Source of the DNA: Candidatus Eiseniibacteriota bacterium
GTDB taxonomy: Bacteria; Eisenbacteria; RBG-16-71-46
Assembly (NCBI GenBank): GCA_963776245.1
Contig: CAVZLN010000006.1
Coordinates: forward strand, 640,001 to 704,000
Length of the DNA: 64,000 nucleotides
Direction of reading: 5' to 3'
The notes beneath the pieces were generated by a model, which made no database searches, was not told the origin of the DNA, and was given only the letters and a program-made list of their open reading frames with translations. Below are positions 60,852-64,000 of this stretch, piece by piece (the stretch's first letter is position 1; the number at the start of each line of letters is the position of its first letter). The position numbers were made by a program, and so were the translations under genes.

Positions 60852-62423
60852 ATGGCGTCCAGCCCTCGGAGCACGGCCCCCACCCGTGGCCACGATCGCC
60901 TGCTGCGCACGTTGTCCCGGCGCGGACTCGCGAACTGGGGCATGAGCACGATCCTGCTGCTCGGCCTCGGCCTCGCCGTGGGCATGCTCTACCTCACGGA
61001 GCTGAATGTCTCGGCCGACACGTTCCCGACCCCCGAGACGCGCCCGTGGCTGCTCGCCGGGCTCTCCGCGTTCCTCCTGATGTTCTCCTTCTACGCCCTC
61101 GTCCAGCAGCGTCGCGTGGCCTCGCTCGCGCGCACCTTGCTCGAGGAGCACGTGCGCGCGAGCACGCTCGACACCCGGCTGTCGGAGATCAGCGCGCTGT
61201 TCGACGTCGCGGCGCGGCTCCACCTGCAGCTCGAACTCGAACCGGTGCTCGAGACCATCACGCATCGGCTGTTGCCCTGCCTCGATGCCGACGAGGCCTC
61301 GATCATGCTGCTCGACGAGAGCGGTCAGGAGCTGCGCTGTCTCGCGGTCTCGGGCGCCGACGGCAACCTGGTGCGCCAGGCGAGCGTGCGGGTCGGCGAA
61401 GGCATCGCCGGCCGGGTGGTGGAGTCGCAGGTCGCGACCCTCATCCACGCGGAGGACATCGCGGAGCGATTCCCGGGCGAGGAGAAGGTGTGGCGTGGCA
61501 TCGGCTCGGCCGTGTGCGTGCCGTTGCTGCTCCCCGACCGGGTGGTCGGTGTGCTCAACGTGACGCGGCTCGAGGGCCGGCCGGCGTTCACCGAAGACGA
61601 CGCGCGGCTGCTCATGCCGTTCGCCGACCACCTCGCCATCACCGTGCGCCGCATCGGCGAGTTCGCGGCGCTCGACCGCCGGGCGTCGACCTTCGAGCGC
61701 ATGCACCTGCTGAAGCGCGAGTTCCTGTGCGCGCTCAATCACGAACTGCGCAACCCGCTCGCCTCGGTGATGGGCTACGCCGAGCTGCTGCGTGAGGAGA
61801 CCGGCACGCTCGGCGAGCGCCGCTCGTTCGCCGCGGCGCTCGGGGAGCAGGCGGGGCGCCTGCTGGAGAGCGTGGACGACCTGCACGGGCTGTACTCGCT
61901 CGAGGCCAGCGAGGTGACCTTCGAGAGCGTGCCCGGATCGCTCAACCAGCTGGTGCACGACAGCGTGGTGGGAATGACCGGGCGCGCCGCGCGCAAGGCG
62001 ATCGTGCTCACGGTCACGCTCCATCCGGCGCTGCCACCGGTGTGGATGGACCACGCCAAGCTCCACTCCGCGATCCGTCATCTGATCGCCGGCGCCGTGC
62101 GCGTGAGCGCGCGGGGCGCCGCGCTCGAGGTGGAGACCCGGCTCGACCCGGGCGTGGACGGCGGCGAGCGGGTCACGCTCGGGATCCGCGCGACCGGGGA
62201 CCCGGGCGCGGGGTTCAACGCGGCCGACCTCGAGCCCGGCGCCGCTGCCGGTGCCGGTGGTCCACGGCACACCGACGCGCTCGGCTGGGGCGTGCTGATG
62301 ATGCGCGAGCTGGTCGAGCTCCACGGCGGCACGCTGCGCAGCGAGCGCGCGCCCGACGGCGGGATCGCGCTGGCGCTCTCCCTCCCGGTGCGCGCGAGCG
62401 CGGGTGAGGCGAAGGCGGCCTAG
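60852..62423 (+). CDS. Membrane GAF-domain histidine-kinase-like protein with degenerate ATPase domain
   Basis: Two TM helices; GAF 'GEGIAGRV...CVPL....VGVLNV...FTEDD'; H-box 'HELRNPL'; N-box position reads 'RHLIAGAVR'. Confidence 0.8.
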   Translation: MASSPRSTAPTRGHDRLLRTLSRRGLANWGMSTILLLGLGLAVGMLYLTELNVSADTFPTPETRPWLLAGLSAFLLMFSFYALVQQRRVASLARTLLEEHVRASTLDTRLSEISALFDVAARLHLQLELEPVLETITHRLLPCLDADEASIMLLDESGQELRCLAVSGADGNLVRQASVRVGEGIAGRVVESQVATLIHAEDIAERFPGEEKVWRGIGSAVCVPLLLPDRVVGVLNVTRLEGRPAFTEDDARLLMPFADHLAITVRRIGEFAALDRRASTFERMHLLKREFLCALNHELRNPLASVMGYAELLREETGTLGERRSFAAALGEQAGRLLESVDDLHGLYSLEASEVTFESVPGSLNQLVHDSVVGMTGRAARKAIVLTVTLHPALPPVWMDHAKLHSAIRHLIAGAVRVSARGAALEVETRLDPGVDGGERVTLGIRATGDPGAGFNAADLEPGAAAGAGGPRHTDALGWGVLMMRELVELHGGTLRSERAPDGGIALALSLPVRASAGEAKAA

Positions 62424-63290
62424 CTACACCACCAGCGCGGCGTCGAGCCAGCCGATCACGTCCCGCACCACCTCGGCGCGGCCGTGATCGTTGAACAGCT
62501 CGTGGTAGGCATCCTTGTAGGTGATGAGCCGCACCATCCCGTGCGGCGCCGCGCCGCTGAACTCGAGCGAGCCCTTGGGGTCGGTCACGCGGTCGGCCGC
62601 CCCGTGGAGCAGCAGCGCCGGCACCGCCAGGCGCCGCGCGTCCCGCATCACCCGCTGGCGCGCCTCGTTGAACCCGAAGTAGAGCCGCGGACTGATGCGG
62701 TCGTGGACCAGCGGGTCGCGCTTGCGGCCGGCCAGCACCTCGGTGTCGCGCGACATGCCGCTCTCGTCGAGCCCGTGAGGGAAGCCGGTCGAGGGCTGGG
62801 CGACGCGCGCCACGTTGGCGAGCGCCAGTCTCCACCACGGCGGGATGGCGCTGCGCAGGCCCGGCGCGGAAGCCACCACCGCGGCCAGTTCCCGCGGCTG
62901 GCGGATCGCGTAGTCGAGCGCGAGCACCGCACCCATGCTGTGGCCGAGCAGGATCTGCGGCATCAGGGAGGGGTGGCCCGGCAGCCCGCGGGAGGCGGTG
63001 AACATCGCGGGCACCACGGTGTCCCGCAGCAGGGTCCATGACGGCACGTCCCCGCGCGGTCCCGGCCCCTCGCCGTGCCCCGGCAGGTCGAGCACCACGA
63101 CCGACAGGCGCGCGCGCACCAGGTCCTCGGCGAGCGCCGCGTAGCGGCCGCCGTGCTCGCCCAGCCCATGACACACGGCCACCATCGCGCGCGGGCTCTC
63201 GGCGGCCCACACCCGGCCGGGCAGCGTCAGCCCGCGGTCGACACGCACGTCGATGCGGGTGGGCGTCAGGCTGGACTGGGACGGATTCAC
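62424..63290 (-). CDS. Lysophospholipase / monoacylglycerol lipase-like alpha/beta hydrolase
   Basis: 'HGLGEHGGRY', 'DLPGHG', 'GHSMG', 'HGAAD' and 'YHELFND'. Confidence 0.9.
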   Translation of the reverse strand: MNPSQSSLTPTRIDVRVDRGLTLPGRVWAAESPRAMVAVCHGLGEHGGRYAALAEDLVRARLSVVVLDLPGHGEGPGPRGDVPSWTLLRDTVVPAMFTASRGLPGHPSLMPQILLGHSMGAVLALDYAIRQPRELAAVVASAPGLRSAIPPWWRLALANVARVAQPSTGFPHGLDESGMSRDTEVLAGRKRDPLVHDRISPRLYFGFNEARQRVMRDARRLAVPALLLHGAADRVTDPKGSLEFSGAAPHGMVRLITYKDAYHELFNDHGRAEVVRDVIGWLDAALVV

Positions 63291-63751
63291 GGTGCGGGGG
63301 TCTCCCCCGGGCCGGGGCTCGCCTCGCCATCGGGACCGTCGTCGCCGGAGCCGCCCTCGCCGCCGTTCTGGGCCATGAACACCAGGTCGGTCGAGGCGTA
63401 CGTGGTGCCGGTGTTCTTGACCAGGCGGACCACCTGCTCGATCAGGCCCGCGAAGTCGTCGGGCGCGAGGGTGGCGAGCGGATGCACCGCCACCGACCAC
63501 ACCTCCATGCCGCGCAGGGCATAGCGGGCATCGAGCGCGCGGTCGTAGTTGGCCTCGAGCAGCACCTGCAGCACCTGGGGCTCGAGCTCCCGCAGCTCGC
63601 CCACCGGCGACATCACGCGCATGCGATCGTGGGTGTCGTCGCTGAAGACGTAGACCGGGACCTCGTCGCGAAGCCCGCGCCAGAAGCCGGGCTGGCCTTC
63701 CATGTCGCCGAGATACGCGTCCAGGATCTTGCCGATGGCGGTGGTGGTCAT
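63287..63751 (-). CDS. YbjN/CesT (type III chaperone)-like protein
   Basis: About 150 aa, acidic; 'DRMRVMSPV...LLEANYDRALDARYAL...TTYAS.DL.F'. Start uncertain (63751 or 63763). Confidence 0.6.
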   Translation of the reverse strand: MTTTAIGKILDAYLGDMEGQPGFWRGLRDEVPVYVFSDDTHDRMRVMSPVGELRELEPQVLQVLLEANYDRALDARYALRGMEVWSVAVHPLATLAPDDFAGLIEQVVRLVKNTGTTYASTDLVFMAQNGGEGGSGDDGPDGEASPGPGETPAP

Positions 63752-63899
63752 GAGCGCACGCATCTTCGCGCATGCCGGCCCGGGATGCACGCACTTTCCT
63801 CGGCGCGCGCGCCGCGGTAGGCTCGCGCGGCACGCTGCGCGCCCCTCCTGTCGTGTCCGGCGCCGCGCCGGCGCACGCGCGACCCTTCCGAGGACCTGC

Positions 63900-64000
63900 A
63901 TGCCGATCGAGACGCCTGACGACGCGAAGCGCCCCGGACGGATCATCATGCCCGGGGCCGAGGGCGCGCCCACGCCGGGCTCCCGCATCGTGCTGCCCCC
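63900..64000 (+). CDS. 5' end of an unknown protein (truncated by window edge)
   Basis: GAGGA RBS followed by ATG (MPIETPDDAKRPGRIIMPG...), open to the window end. Confidence 0.4.
   Translation, partial: MPIETPDDAKRPGRIIMPGAEGAPTPGSRIVLP

Overview
Very GC-rich bacterial chromosome segment with about 47 genes. The many Sec-exported proteins ending in a 'PNP...VEVFDxxGRRV...GxY' FlgD-Ig/T9SS-like C-terminal domain suggest an FCB-affiliated candidate lineage such as Ca. Eisenbacteria (inference only). About 15 single-base frameshifts interrupt otherwise intact genes, which points to long-read indel errors, so several genes are reconstructed across ORFs. Ordinary content: DUF11 surface-protein operon end, lrp-lat-NUDIX/MBL-EamA operon, thrH, LytS/LytTR system with LiaF-like genes, HAD hydrolase, heparinase II/III, M48 protease, cobalamin-riboswitch-controlled TonB receptor operon, trmO, UDG, two tandem KimA-like transporters, fabI, acyl-CoA dehydrogenase, YbhGFSR-like ABC exporter, glpDK, porin plus modABC, a degenerate histidine kinase and a lysophospholipase. 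Two regions stand out. (1) 38.7-47.0 kb is an A/T-richer divergent two-gene module: a small secreted protein opposite a large HExxH metallopeptidase-TolB-Ig protein. Their variable N-termini face inward around a poly-C tract lying in the spacer of two overlapping candidate promoters. An adjacent orphan paralogue of the small gene has lost its large partner, apparently by a deletion starting at the poly-C site that left a ~70-bp scar. This looks like a polymorphic, possibly phase-variable paired-cassette system. (2) 30.2-34.6 kb encodes a single secreted polypeptide fusing a PQQ sugar-dehydrogenase propeller, PKD/Ig spacers, a five-CxxCH cytochrome c and a C-terminal sorting domain. No tRNA, rRNA, CRISPR array, transposase or integrase was recognised.
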